DNA of 64,000 nucleotides from Fimbriosthenelais zetlandica (Eukaryota): NCBI GenBank assembly GCA_977030845.1, contig OZ365116.1, positions 21,824,001 to 21,888,000 of the forward strand, read 5' to 3'. Shown piece by piece: positions 40,901 to 53,200 of this stretch (position 1 is its first letter; each line of letters starts with the position of its first letter). The notes under the pieces were generated by a model. It saw only the letters and a program-made list of their open reading frames with translations, ran no database searches and was not told where the DNA came from. The position numbers and the translations under genes were made by a program.

Positions 40901-41021
40901 CAGGCCTGATGCCAAGATGAAGTACGCCCAGTGCTGCCCCGGACTGCGCTGCATGTGCGGCCACTTCTGGACACAGGGCAAATGCCAGTGCAAGTCCCAG
41001 GGCACGTTCGGCAGGCGATAA
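37919..41021 (+). CDS. Cysteine-knot (ICK) agatoxin-like peptide precursor, two 3' exons; 5' signal-peptide exon not found
   Basis: Exon 37919-37994 (ttttttcag|AA...CG|gtagg) encodes acidic propeptide (E)KAEAYEPESFGDDDSAIDVFNKVE. It joins in phase to exon 40868-41021 (tttacag|A...TAA), giving RR-NWCARWGDFCRPDAKMKYAQCCPGLRCMCGHFWTQGKCQCKSQGTF-GRR*. This has a dibasic cleavage site, 8 Cys in a C-C-CC-CxC-CxC pattern and a C-terminal amidation signal. AATAAA at 41110-41115. Confidence 0.85.
39040..39260 (-). mobile_element. Decayed non-LTR RT remnant inside the peptide-gene intron
   Basis: Across a frameshift: EAGFTGER, then DTVDAMLTL...NKNNKTASI (cf. QAGFRxGRSTVDAIFTL...K). Confidence 0.4.
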
Positions 41022-44000
41022 AGGGTGACGAGGAAACACGTCAAAAAACAGCCGCGTGAGGCAATACGGTTGACACAGAGCGTGTTTTAGCATTCGGTAC
41101 AAAAAAGGAAATAAATGGCGGCGTCTCGATGCGTGGATGGAAAATCCATCACCATTCATTCATCCAGGAAAATGACTCGGAAAAAGTAACATCGGCAAAC
41201 GTAACAGCGGCCTTATCTACGGGGAAAAACAAAATGCAAAGAAACAACTACGACTTTCATGAACACAAGACCAACTGTCGACATGAAGAGAGTCCCCGAT
41301 ACTACGGTTCTAAAACCACAGAACTGGTCTTTTTGTTATAGCCCCCACCGAATTTTAGACCTAACACCATGTATTAGTAATCTTTAGAATCCCCTTGACG
41401 TTCCCCCTTGGGTTAGTCAGTGTTCTGTGTTCCCTAGCGACGACGGTCCAAAACTTGTACTGGTTCTGCTCTGTGCAGTCGGAGAAAAGAACAGGTTTAT
41501 ATCGGAGTTGTTGCCAACAAGGTCCTATATTTGTACTCTTCACAGTCGAAACAATGAAAATGTTCCCATGTCCGAGTACACAAACACAAGAAGCCAAGTA
41601 CAATGATAGATGGTCTATTGTCCAGTTCCAACAAGAATTAGCAGAGCACTCATTGACTCTTGAAGGAGCAATAAAAAGGTGTGAAAGACCAGCAAGAGAC
41701 GTTACAATCTGATCTCAATAGAAAAGCCAACAATAGCAAACATCACTAAAAGATTACCACGAAATAGATCAATATGACATGGTACTTTTGTAAGGAGAGT
41801 CTTCGTTGGGAAGCGAATAACGATTTCTGAAATGAATAAAGACCTGGGAAATACTCTCCTTCAAAAATTCAAGGTGGTACCAGGCTATAGAAAAAGACAG
41901 CTTAAATATTTGTTTTTTCATTGAAACCCTGACCCCTGGGGAAACTGTAAGATAATACACTATATTTAATATTACGATATACACTTCTCAATGTTAAATG
42001 TTTGTTGCTTGATTGTACTGGCGCAATATTTTCATAAAGCTTACCTGAAATTAAACCATCTCTGTCCTCATTCTCTACTTGTGTTTTTCAATTTTCTTAC
42101 AAGACAAACCAGTAGGGTTTTAAATACATCTCGAATATTCTCAGTGGGATCATGAACGCTTTTTAGGGAAAGTAAACTCATTGGTAGCCACTGCATTTTG
42201 CAGAAGATAGTTAGGAGTTATTCTACGATTACACATCACTACAGAAATGCTGCTTACAGCAAAACACATCTTGTACACCCACAATGTAGGTATAGAGGAA
42301 GGCGCAGAGGTTGGAGAAGCATTCTGAACACACGCCGGAAAGCTAACACAACCTGAAAACACCGACCAACTTCCTGCCACCAAATCACTGAGCATCTGAC
42401 TAAACTACCGACACAGGCTACCGGGATGAGCGCACTGCTAAATTATTGCTTCAAAAATAGTAAAAAACTAAACAATAAAATATTATACGGAAAAAAGTAT
42501 ACCAGATGTGGTTGTTTATGTAGAGAATTCCCAGAAATAAAATCATCAATGGGAATAAACTAGAGGTTGAATAAAAAAATGAATTCTTCCTGAGAGGGAT
42601 TGGGGTTGGGGGAATGGGACGACGTTCCTGCGAGGTGATTTTAAACTCAGTAAAAGGGATTCTGTGCTACTCATCTGAGCAAGAGCTCATCCACCGTCTC
42701 TTGTCTGACCACTAGAGGGGAAATGGAGACGCATTAGCCAGGAGTTAAGCTATCTACCTTAAAGAGGCCTCCCTCATGGCTCCATCTAGCATTAAATGAG
42801 GCTGGTTAGGATTAGAATGCCCATGCACAGAGTATTAACGGGCTCAAGTGTCGACACCCTTGAAAGGGGTACACAGATTTCACTTTAATACGTCTCACAA
42901 AGTTTGGTGAGAGCTTATAGCCATGTTTAAAGAAGGAACTAAGGAGACATCTCTAGCAAGTAAGTTGTTGAAAATGTTCAAGAATAAATGGTTTCTATGT
43001 TAGCTAGTCTCGCAACGGGGTAGGATGATGCAACTACCATAATTCTAAAATGTACCCTTGTTACACATTCCATCAAGAATAGACTAATTCAGAACAAACC
43101 TCTTTCATATTTTCTTCGTAAATTTAATTTAACCACCGATCAAGTGCAACTGGACAAAGCCCAGCAAAATTATACATAACTGAAAATTTTTAATCAGTCA
43201 TTTAAAATGATACATACCTCAGAAAATTCAGAGGCAATCTAGATTGCGGAATTCTAGTGGTATTTTGCCCCGAATCATCAGGAAACGAGATATTTAACTA
43301 TTTGTTGCTACTGTTGCTACACTGTAGCAAAATAAGGATACAGTGTATTAAAATATCACTTCTTAAACTATCACCGACGTGCAGCTACTGACAGCTTCAC
43401 CAAAACTTAAACAAAGATCAAGTACATCTTCAATAAACATCAAGTCCAATGCCTTCGTGACTTCTGGGGTACTTCATTGAGACACCCAGAAAATAAACCT
43501 TAGGAAAGATACTGACATAATATTGTATTAGAAACCTAAAACTCTTTCGACCCTTAATACTGAAACTAATTCTATCCTTTAATTTTCTTTTCTACCTCTG
43601 GATAAATTCTAATACTCAGACATTCAGTACGTGTTCGGAATGCTGATCCTCAATAAAAAGAATAGTTTTTCCACCCTATTACTATAGCACCATCTATTAG
43701 ACATCAGTGACACAAGCATGTCTACAGCGCCCTAATAGCGAGCAAACCACCTAAAGTTTGCATATATTTGGCCTATGTGAATCTATGATTTGCCATAACA
43801 AGAAATGATGCAAATCAGCCTAGAGGCGACTACTGATCGACTGGTAGCAAGGGAGATCCTAATACCAACTGGTCAGTAGTGACAATAAATAAAGCTACTT
43901 TTATATTTGCTACTTGGTGCTACTATGGGTCCCTGCCTGATACGTCCCTGTACCTTATACCATCCATGCGTAGATCCTCCATAGGAAACCATACATACAA

Positions 44001-44209
44001 TACATGTAAATCCCCTCATTTCAATGATATGATGGCTTTTCTTCACATAATCTAGAATGTATACCTATTGTAGATAATGCAAAATGTACATCTATTGTTT
44101 GAAAATAGGAAAGGACTATATTTAAAGAGAAGAGGCCGATATTATCCCAAGAAATCTTTCCATTTTCCATGACAAGCCAAGTCTGATAAACTGACGCCTG
44201 AAAAGGGCA

Positions 44210-47200
44210 TCAGAAGAGACTACGACACAAGGGACATGTGGAATTATTGCTGGTGCTGAACCATTTGTACTGGAATTGGACAAAAAGAAGAACAGGGTTA
44301 CTTCCTCAGTCGCAATCACGGGGATATATATTTAAATTTAAGCAAAAGAAAATTTTTCATGAATGAATCTACAGAATGTCGTATTCATTATCTGAATGGA
44401 TTTAGATTAATAAAAACATTACTCTCAAATACATGTGTTCTTTATCTAGATGTGAATGTATATTTGTAATCAGCTAGTAATATTGAATTATTTGAGAGTG
44501 TTTTAGTGAAAAGCTCTAAACTAGCAGGGGTAGAAGAAAGGAATTTGTAACTAAAAGGTGAGATATGCAGACGAGCAAAGCAAAGGAAAAAACACACAAC
44601 CACTGATAGGTAAAGAGGGCGGAGAAAGCAAGCCTGTACCACACTTGGGAAGGGAGAAAAGCAAGCGGAGATGACAAAATGAGAGCCCAACATACTAAAA
44701 CTTAAGAGCGATAGGACTACAAACTAGGTGACTACAAATGCACTAGGAACGAAACTTAGTTTCCACAAAAAAAGATCAAGTAAAAAGAAGTAAGCATAGC
44801 CATGCACCAGGTAAATACCAGATCCTAGGGTGCCGTTAGTTGAGGGTAAAGCGTTAGGGACGCGAGGTTCTATGTCTACTACTCACGAGGTTCTATGTCT
44901 ACTACTCACGAGGTTCTATGTCTACTACTCACCAGGCAGGCTGAGTGAAAGCGCTTCTTGCACACCCGGCATATGAGCCGGGGGAGTTGGTAGTTGACGC
45001 CGTGAATGACTGAGAAACAGATCATACAGTCATCTACACCCTCAAAACGCTTATCAATGTTACGCTTCCACAGCATCAAACCCTCCACGATGGAACCATT
45101 CTAAAAATCACAAGCCGGCAATGGTCAACAATGGCTGGAGAAATATACATAGAAACACACAGACCAGACAAACACAACCAAGACCAATGACAGACAATGC
45201 ATTATGGAACATAATGCACACACATCTCTCATTCCATCTTGTAGTTTTGTAGCGTCATATCGGGGCACAATATGCATGATAGATAACATGCATGATGTAT
45301 GCCGCATCTATATTAAATGTGCAGCTGAAGAATGAATAAATGAATGGTGATGCGCAGCTGGCGAATCGCGGGCGAGTTGAAAAATAGAGCAGAAAATCGC
45401 AGTTGACATGAAACATCGGTATGAACAGTTTTCTCATTCATATCTTACTTTCATTTTACATCAATACAATATGTAGTATGACTAATTGCTTAAAATTAAC
45501 AAACTTAAAACTACAATATACTGCAAGAGAAATCTTATTCTAGAGATTTAAAAAATGACTTACTTGTAAGATAGGTAGGATTGGATGAACAATAAATGAC
45601 TTACCTGATGTGTCAGGTAGGTACAGAGTTGTAGCATCCAGTTGCGCCACTGAGTGTTCGCCACACCAATACGCTTGCCCGTCTCCACTGAGATGACACC
45701 TAGCGGGTGGTTGACGGGTAGAGTGAGAACCATCTCCATGGAGATGTCATCCACGGAGTAGGTGGCCATCACCTCTCTAGCCGCGGGTCGTACCAGGATC
45801 TTCATGTTGTCTGTGGATACCTGGTCATCCTTGATGGCTGCAAGCTCAGACGAGGTCTGAAGAGGTGCCACAAACCTGGAAAACAACCATGAGTATTTTA
45901 CTTTATTGAGTAACAATTTGAGTAATAAAGTGTGTGGGCTGGTAACAGACTCTATAAAAATTCTAACTAAAAAAAAGAACAAAAACAGAAAATTAAATCA
46001 TAACCTTTACAATAATGGGACTACATGTATATTAATCAACAGAACATTAAAGGACTTTCCAGGACTCTACAAACATTTAAATGAGTCAGGTTTTTAAAGG
46101 TTGAAGGTGACATACTTGGTGGTATATTTATCGACGACTTCAGCTGAGCGGCGGTCCTGGTTGGTCCACCATGTTCGCACCATGGCAGGAACATCCTGTA
46201 GAGCTTGAGAATAAACATTACAAGCCAGATGCTGCACCTCCTGACTCAGACAACACGCTAATAAAGTAAAAACAGAAAGAAAAGGAGTTAGAAACATAAA
46301 TATGTCAATATAATTTAAGTATATTATTCATAAGTTTTCTTTCTTTATCCATCAAATAATCTCAAAAATATACATTGTAAAAAGGGGCCTCCACTGCCAG
46401 AATAGTCAACTAAGATTGTTGTTAAGTCATTTATGTGATAGATAAACACCTAGAGCATAGCAAAATTTCTTTTGAAAACTTTTCAAATGTGAATATATTT
46501 GAATAAATATTATAATTAATTTGAATGTGAATATCGCGATAGTGGAGCCCCTATCTAATGACTTAAGAATTAGAAAAATAAAAATAAAAATCAGTAAAGA
46601 CTGACACCTACCGGCAGGGTCGAGTCTGGGTATTTCAGCGAACATATTACTGGAGCTGGAGAGTTTGTGAGAGGCCGGGGAGGACGTGAGAGAGTCCTTG
46701 AGAGGTACGAGAGGGTTGTCGGGCATGACGTGGTACACATTGGTGAGTAGAGCGTCCACGGCTCCCATATCACGTAAAAACAGTGAGTACTGGGCCCTCA
46801 ACTACAACAATATCATACTGTTACACATACATACCACCGACCGAGGAGTCGTACTGGTGGTGGTATGCCCCGAGAGTGAATGGCAGAGGGAGACCCAAAG
46901 GTTTCCTCCAGTCTCGAGGCATACAACCACAAATACCACCTCTCAGTCGGTTCTCTATTCAGTATATTTTATGCTATCCCATAAGAATTACAGAAAAATT
47001 ATGTTAAATTAATTGTTTGATTGATTAAGTGATCCAATGATGCCAGCATTATTATTATGAGAATAAAATATGAGGGATAGCATGAAATATACATAAGTAG
47101 CTAAAACGGAAACTGGTATCAGACAGGATCAGAATCAATCATACAGACATCACAATCAATCAGTAAAACACGAGACAAAATGTATCAAAATGAATCATGA

Positions 47201-50200
47201 GACAGGTACATGTATCAAAGACAAAATGAATCATGAGACAGGTACATGTATCAAAGACAAAATGAATCATGAGACAGGTACATGTATCAAAGACAACATG
47301 AATCATGAGACAGGTACATGTATCAAAGACAACATGAATCATGAGACAGGTACATGTATCAAAGACAACATGAATCATGAGACAGGTACATGTATCAAAG
47401 ACAAAATGAATCATGAGACAGATACATGTATCAAAGACAAAATGAATCATGAGACAGGTACATGTATCAAAGACAAAATGAATCATGAGACAGGTACATG
47501 TATCAAAGACAAAATGAATCATGAGACAGGTACATGTATCAAAGACAAAATGAATCATGAGACAGGTACATGTATCAAAGACAACATGAATCATGAGACA
47601 GGTACATGTATCAAAGACAAAATGAATCATGAGACAGGTACATGTATCAAAGACAAAATGAATCATGAGACAGGTACATGTATCAAAGACAAAATGAATC
47701 ATGAGACAGGTACATGTATCAAAGACAACATGAATCATGAGACAGGTACATGTATCAGAGAAACATTCAGTAATGATAGACAGGGCAGGCACATGTATCA
47801 GAAACATTCACCAATGATAGACAGGGCAGGCACATGTATCAGAGACAATCAGTAATCTTGAGACATGTATCAGAGACAATCACACCACAGAAAACTTGAC
47901 CAAACTGAAGAGAAGAACGTACCTCAGAGGGAGCAGCCCTGAAGAAGGCGAGCATGAGTTTCCATGAGAGAAGGTAAGCCATGGTGACAGTATACTCCTG
48001 GGTGTGGGGGTGGATGATGACTCGCTCACCTAGACGTAGGTCATGAACGAGCAGGTCCAGAGCAGCTCCTGACGTCTCCAGCACCGACAATAACGGACCC
48101 GGCGGCGCCCTGAAAATCACAAAAAAAACATTTGCATTTAGATTTATGTTGGTCTACTAATAAGTATCTGTTCAAAAATGTATTGTTTTTACGTGTTTTT
48201 TTAAAGTGTCTTAATTTGTCTCAGCAGTTCGTTGCTACAACAGTCTATGAATAATTTTTTAATTATTTATTTTAACTTTTTTATTTATTAATTTTGTAAC
48301 TTTGATATAAGTTAAGATTAGACGTACCTGAGGACCTCCTCCTTGTTGTCATCTCCCTCTTTCTCCACATTGATGTCAAAGGCCGCTAGATCAGCCACTA
48401 CCGCCACAATGAGTCTATAGGCGGTCACCTGTACTGCTCGGTACGGACACAGTAACAGTGGACACACGTGATTGAGTAACGTCTGTAACTCATCTGGAAG
48501 ACTGGAATCTTGGTCGGCTATAAGGCGGGCCGGCAGCTGATGGTTGCGCACCTGCTCGCTTGGGCACTGCACCACAGCCAGGCAGAACTGGGTGAGCAGG
48601 TCAAAGTCAGCAGCTGTAGGCTCCGACTGAGATATGTACTCTACAAAGACATGATTTCAAAATATAACTATAGTTAATCCAAACAAATACTGCTCAAATA
48701 ACCAAGTATTTTGCGCCTTGAATTGTGAACAATGCTAAACTATATAGGGTAACAGATGGGGGTATATTTTAGACCTATACATGTATATATATTAAGTAAC
48801 AGGCATATATACCGTTTATGTGGACAAAGAGCGGTAGAATATGGTTGTAGGAGCCGGGACTGAAGAATTCCGTCCATTCAGTGGCCAGGTTAGGTGGGAA
48901 GTTCTCGGCCTGTATTGGGAGCACGTGTCGCATACATTGTCCTACAGCAGCGAGTAGCTCTAGAGTTGCTCGCAAGAAGGCTTGACTCTCCACCTCAGTC
49001 TTCACAACATCACGACTCTCATGTCCAGCCTAAACGAAGTATATTTCAAACATTTTCTTTCATAGTAATAAGAAACGTTTCATATTTTAATGCTAAAAAA
49101 TCACCAGTTAAGATAACATCAGGTTAATGGTATCATAAATCATTTATCCAAAAATCGCATAATTCTAAGTGAATTTTTAAAAATAAAATGTGTCTGATTG
49201 AAGTCATTCCTTCAGAAAATATCTTGGTGTGAACAAATTGAGCTCACCTGGACCCATGAGACGAGAGAACAGAGTAGGAAGTCCCACTGGTTGGCGTTCA
49301 TCATGGTGGGTACCATAACCACGAGATGGCGCAGTAGGCGGATCATGGCCATGTTAAAGGCCAGCTCTGACCGGCTCAGGCCTGACAGTGGTCTGAGAAA
49401 AACAAGAAAGCATAAAGCATATTGCACAGAAATATGTTCATTATATAGTAGATATGATGAAATTATTGTCAAGAAAAGATCATTAGATGGCTGGAAAATT
49501 GCCGAAGACATAAGATACATGCTGAAGAAATAAGATGGATGAAAATAAAATTTAAAATTTAAATTGCTTACTTGTCAAAGGCAAAGAGCTGCTCATGTTC
49601 GCTGCGCCACTGTCTGAGCTCGTCTAGTACAGATATAAGGATATCCTTGGGTTGGGAGACAGTGCCTTCCTCCACCGATGTCAGAGGTTCTCCCATCAGA
49701 GATAGCTGACTCACGAGTAAAGAGAGTACACCCAGACCACCTAGTGAAAACAAAACTTACAGCTACTGAAAAATTCCAAAATGTCATCTATAATGACCCC
49801 AGGATCACCAAAATGGACAGAATTGAAGAGATAAGTAACCAGAAAGTTGAGTTAAAGATTTAACAACTTACCTTCGACCAGTGTCAGTTTTTCCTGAGGA
49901 CAAGTAATGACCTGAGCACTGAGGACGTCCAGCCTGATGTCCTCAAATGGTAAATAACGCAGGGTGACTTGTAGAGTCTGTAGTGACGACTCTGTCATAT
50001 CATTTAATCTGAAAAGAATTACTCAAATATTAAACATTTAATATATTTATATTTCTGTGACAAGTCTGAAACAAGTATTTTCAAAATTGTTTCAAAGTTC
50101 AAGAAAATCATTAGTATTTCATAACATTCTTGGGGAAAATAATATTCACTAAGCTAGGAAAAACCTACCTCTCACTAGGATTGATAAATTTGCTGATGTC

Positions 50201-53200
50201 TGAAGACCATATTCTACTGTTAGGTGTGAGTTCCAAGAAGACACCTAGAGCCACCGCCCATAACCGTCCCTCCTCAAGTGACCTTAAAATAGTGTTTAAA
50301 CACAATTAAATATACATTAAAAACAGTTGTTTTACCTAATAATGCGGGCATTATATGATACAAATTCTACCTGTCACATAATAGTTAATTTAATTATGTG
50401 GAGCTGTTAGATGGCAGAACATACTTGTTGACTAGAGGTTGTAAGAGATGGGACTTGTAGATTGCATCAGATGAGTCAAGCAACCGAGAGATAGTCATTT
50501 CTAACTGTGTAGTCGCCATACCAACTGCACTGTTAGATAAAGCCTATAAAAGAAAGAAAACATCAATTTCTATAATTACTTGGAAAATATTTAATATCAA
50601 CTGCAAAATGAATTATAAAGGAATAATTTTTCCAGTGTATCAGAATCCAGTGTTCCGCAATAATTCCTCTGAATTTAAACTAATTTAAATACATAAAATA
50701 TAACTTACTGTACGCCTATCACCTAGTAATGATCTACAGAAGGCTGCAGCATAGACGAGATCAAGTAGAATGGAATACTCTGTCTGTGCAGGGTGGGTGA
50801 CTGACTGACTGGCGGACTGACTGGTTGACTGACTGGTTGACTGACTGTCTGTCTTGTCTACATTATAATGTGGTAAGCCACTCTGGGCCATGATATAGGA
50901 GGAGTAGAGACTGGGAACCACACATCGTGGTAATGTCTCTACTGTGGCCCGGCTCATCTTGTCTGGTTCAGTGACCATAGTGATAGCACCAGATACCAGG
51001 TGGTAGTCCCACCACTGAAACATATTTAAATTACCTTTCAGTTCTGTTCAAATTCCTACCTTCCTATCAGAGTTAAAGTTTCAAATATCTGAGAAATAAC
51101 GATGAAAAAGGCTGTTATTCCTACCTTTTGGGTGAGGGTATGATTATAAGGAAGGAGTAACATTCTTCTGAACTCTCTGACTACAGCCAGTCCACAGTCC
51201 TCCTCCCCTCCATCCTCCTCCACCTCCTCCTCCTCCTCCGCTCCACCTGTCAGTTCCTCACTCAGGGTGGAATACAGGCTCACAGATAGTTTGGCTAAAT
51301 GTTCAATCCTACAAAAAATATCAAATAATTCGGGTAAAAACAAGGACAAAGTTTCCACAGAAAACCCAATTCCATAACATTTCAAAGGCACAAAACATTT
51401 AGAAACATCAATAATATAAGCACTCTTTTTTCCTTTTTAACAACAAACCATAGACTATGGTTAGTTAAAAATTATTCTGTATATCAAAATCATCAAAATA
51501 TCATCCAAATTACCTGGTAAATGTGATTGACTCATCGAGGATTTGTGACTTGATTTGTGTAGCGACCTGGGTGAAGAAGCTGTTGGTAGATAAGGAACCA
51601 GCTCTCTGAGCCAGCAGTGCCCGGACACCATACTGCCAGGAACCGGTCACCTTCTCCTTGACGGACTCTGAGAGGGTCGAGTTGTCCTGGCAATTGAGTG
51701 TGAATAAGGCAGCTAGCAGGGCCTCAGCCGAGGCTACCAACAAACAACCCTGAAAAAAAACATTAAAATTAACTAAATTTCCCACAAATGTCCAGGGTCG
51801 GAATTTTCTGACTGATTCCCTTTTTTCCTGAGAATAATTCCGAATTATTAACTTCATTAAATAACCAAGACATAAAATTATGACAAAAATTGGAACAAAT
51901 GATATTAAATATAAGAAAGGCTAAATAAATACCTTAATGTTGGAATAGAAGCTTTTAGCCACGTCACATACAAAGGACACACACTGGTTGACTTGAGCTG
52001 GTGTGAGGGTTTTTTGTTGAGATACAGAAGGCAGAGACAGCCGCATCTCAGTCAGCAACTCATCAACATAGTCTTCACCAACCAACGATTCTAACCACGA
52101 AAAACAATTAATGTTTAATACATCAATGTCTGCAGATTATTTATAGTATTATTCACCTACTATGACGGAGAAATCTAGCTACGTTTGATTTAAGAAAAGT
52201 AGAAAGACGAACCTAGTCTGTCTGAGCTGCTCAGAGCTAGAGTTAATAGTTCCCACCGAGCGGCTGAATGTTCCTCGCTTGACTGAGTGTCTCCTTCGCT
52301 GGTTTTCTCTTTCATGCTCTCAGCACAAAGTTCTCTGACTGTGGCGACAACCCGCTCACCAAAGACAGGTCCCCTGAACCAGCGTACAACGACGGTATCA
52401 GATCCTGCCACGGCCAGGATGCGGCGAGACAGGCGCGGGAGTACACTGATATCAACCTGAAATAGAAACCCACTTTACTAGGCTGACATGGGTGAAGATA
52501 TAGTCAAGATGGACGAAGAATTCTCACTGGAAACTCTTTTATTTATATAAATTTACTTGCTATTTATTTATGCATTTTCAATTACTAAAATTCGTTTCGG
52601 GATAAAATGAAATACGACTAATTTAATACAAAATAACTTGAATAATTATAACGCAAAATAACAATAACTTCCAACAAAATAAGTGGCTTCGACATGGAGC
52701 TAGTGACTGTGAGCATGAATGTATAGATTTCAGGGCATGATACACTAAACCACTTCCTGGTGCAGGTTCCCAAAGCATGGCCGCCACCAGAGTCTACAAC
52801 TGTCCCCTATATCACTGACACTATGTAAAAACACCCATAATATATCAGGGGTGAGTTGGGGTGTGGTGAAAGGGGAAGAGCCTAGTGCCATAGACTCCTC
52901 CCCTTCCCTCAAACGCCCATAATGTATGAGGAAAGAGGTGGGGTGTGGTGAAAGGGGAAGAGCCTAGCGCCATAGACTCCTCCCCTTCCCTCAAACACCC
53001 ATAAATTATGGGAGGAAAGAGTTGGGGTGTGGTGAAAGGGGAAGAGCCTAGCGCCATAGACTCCTCCCCTTCCCTCAAACGCCCATAATGTATGAGGGAA
53101 GAGGTGGGGTGTGGTGAAAGGGGAAGAGCCTAGCGCCATAGACTCCTCCCCTTCCCTCAAACGCCCATAAATTATGTGAGGAAGAGTTGGGGTGTGGTGA

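Noticed and set aside
40743-41159. 138-aa - strand ORF with a hydrophobic stretch (LGLALAFALC)
   Set aside because: It is the antisense shadow of the GC-rich knottin exon.
47160-47855. 215-aa and 221-aa repeat-protein ORFs on opposite strands
   Set aside because: They are produced by a 36-bp intronic minisatellite. There is no splice or start context, and LTN1 exons 23 and 24 join in phase without them.
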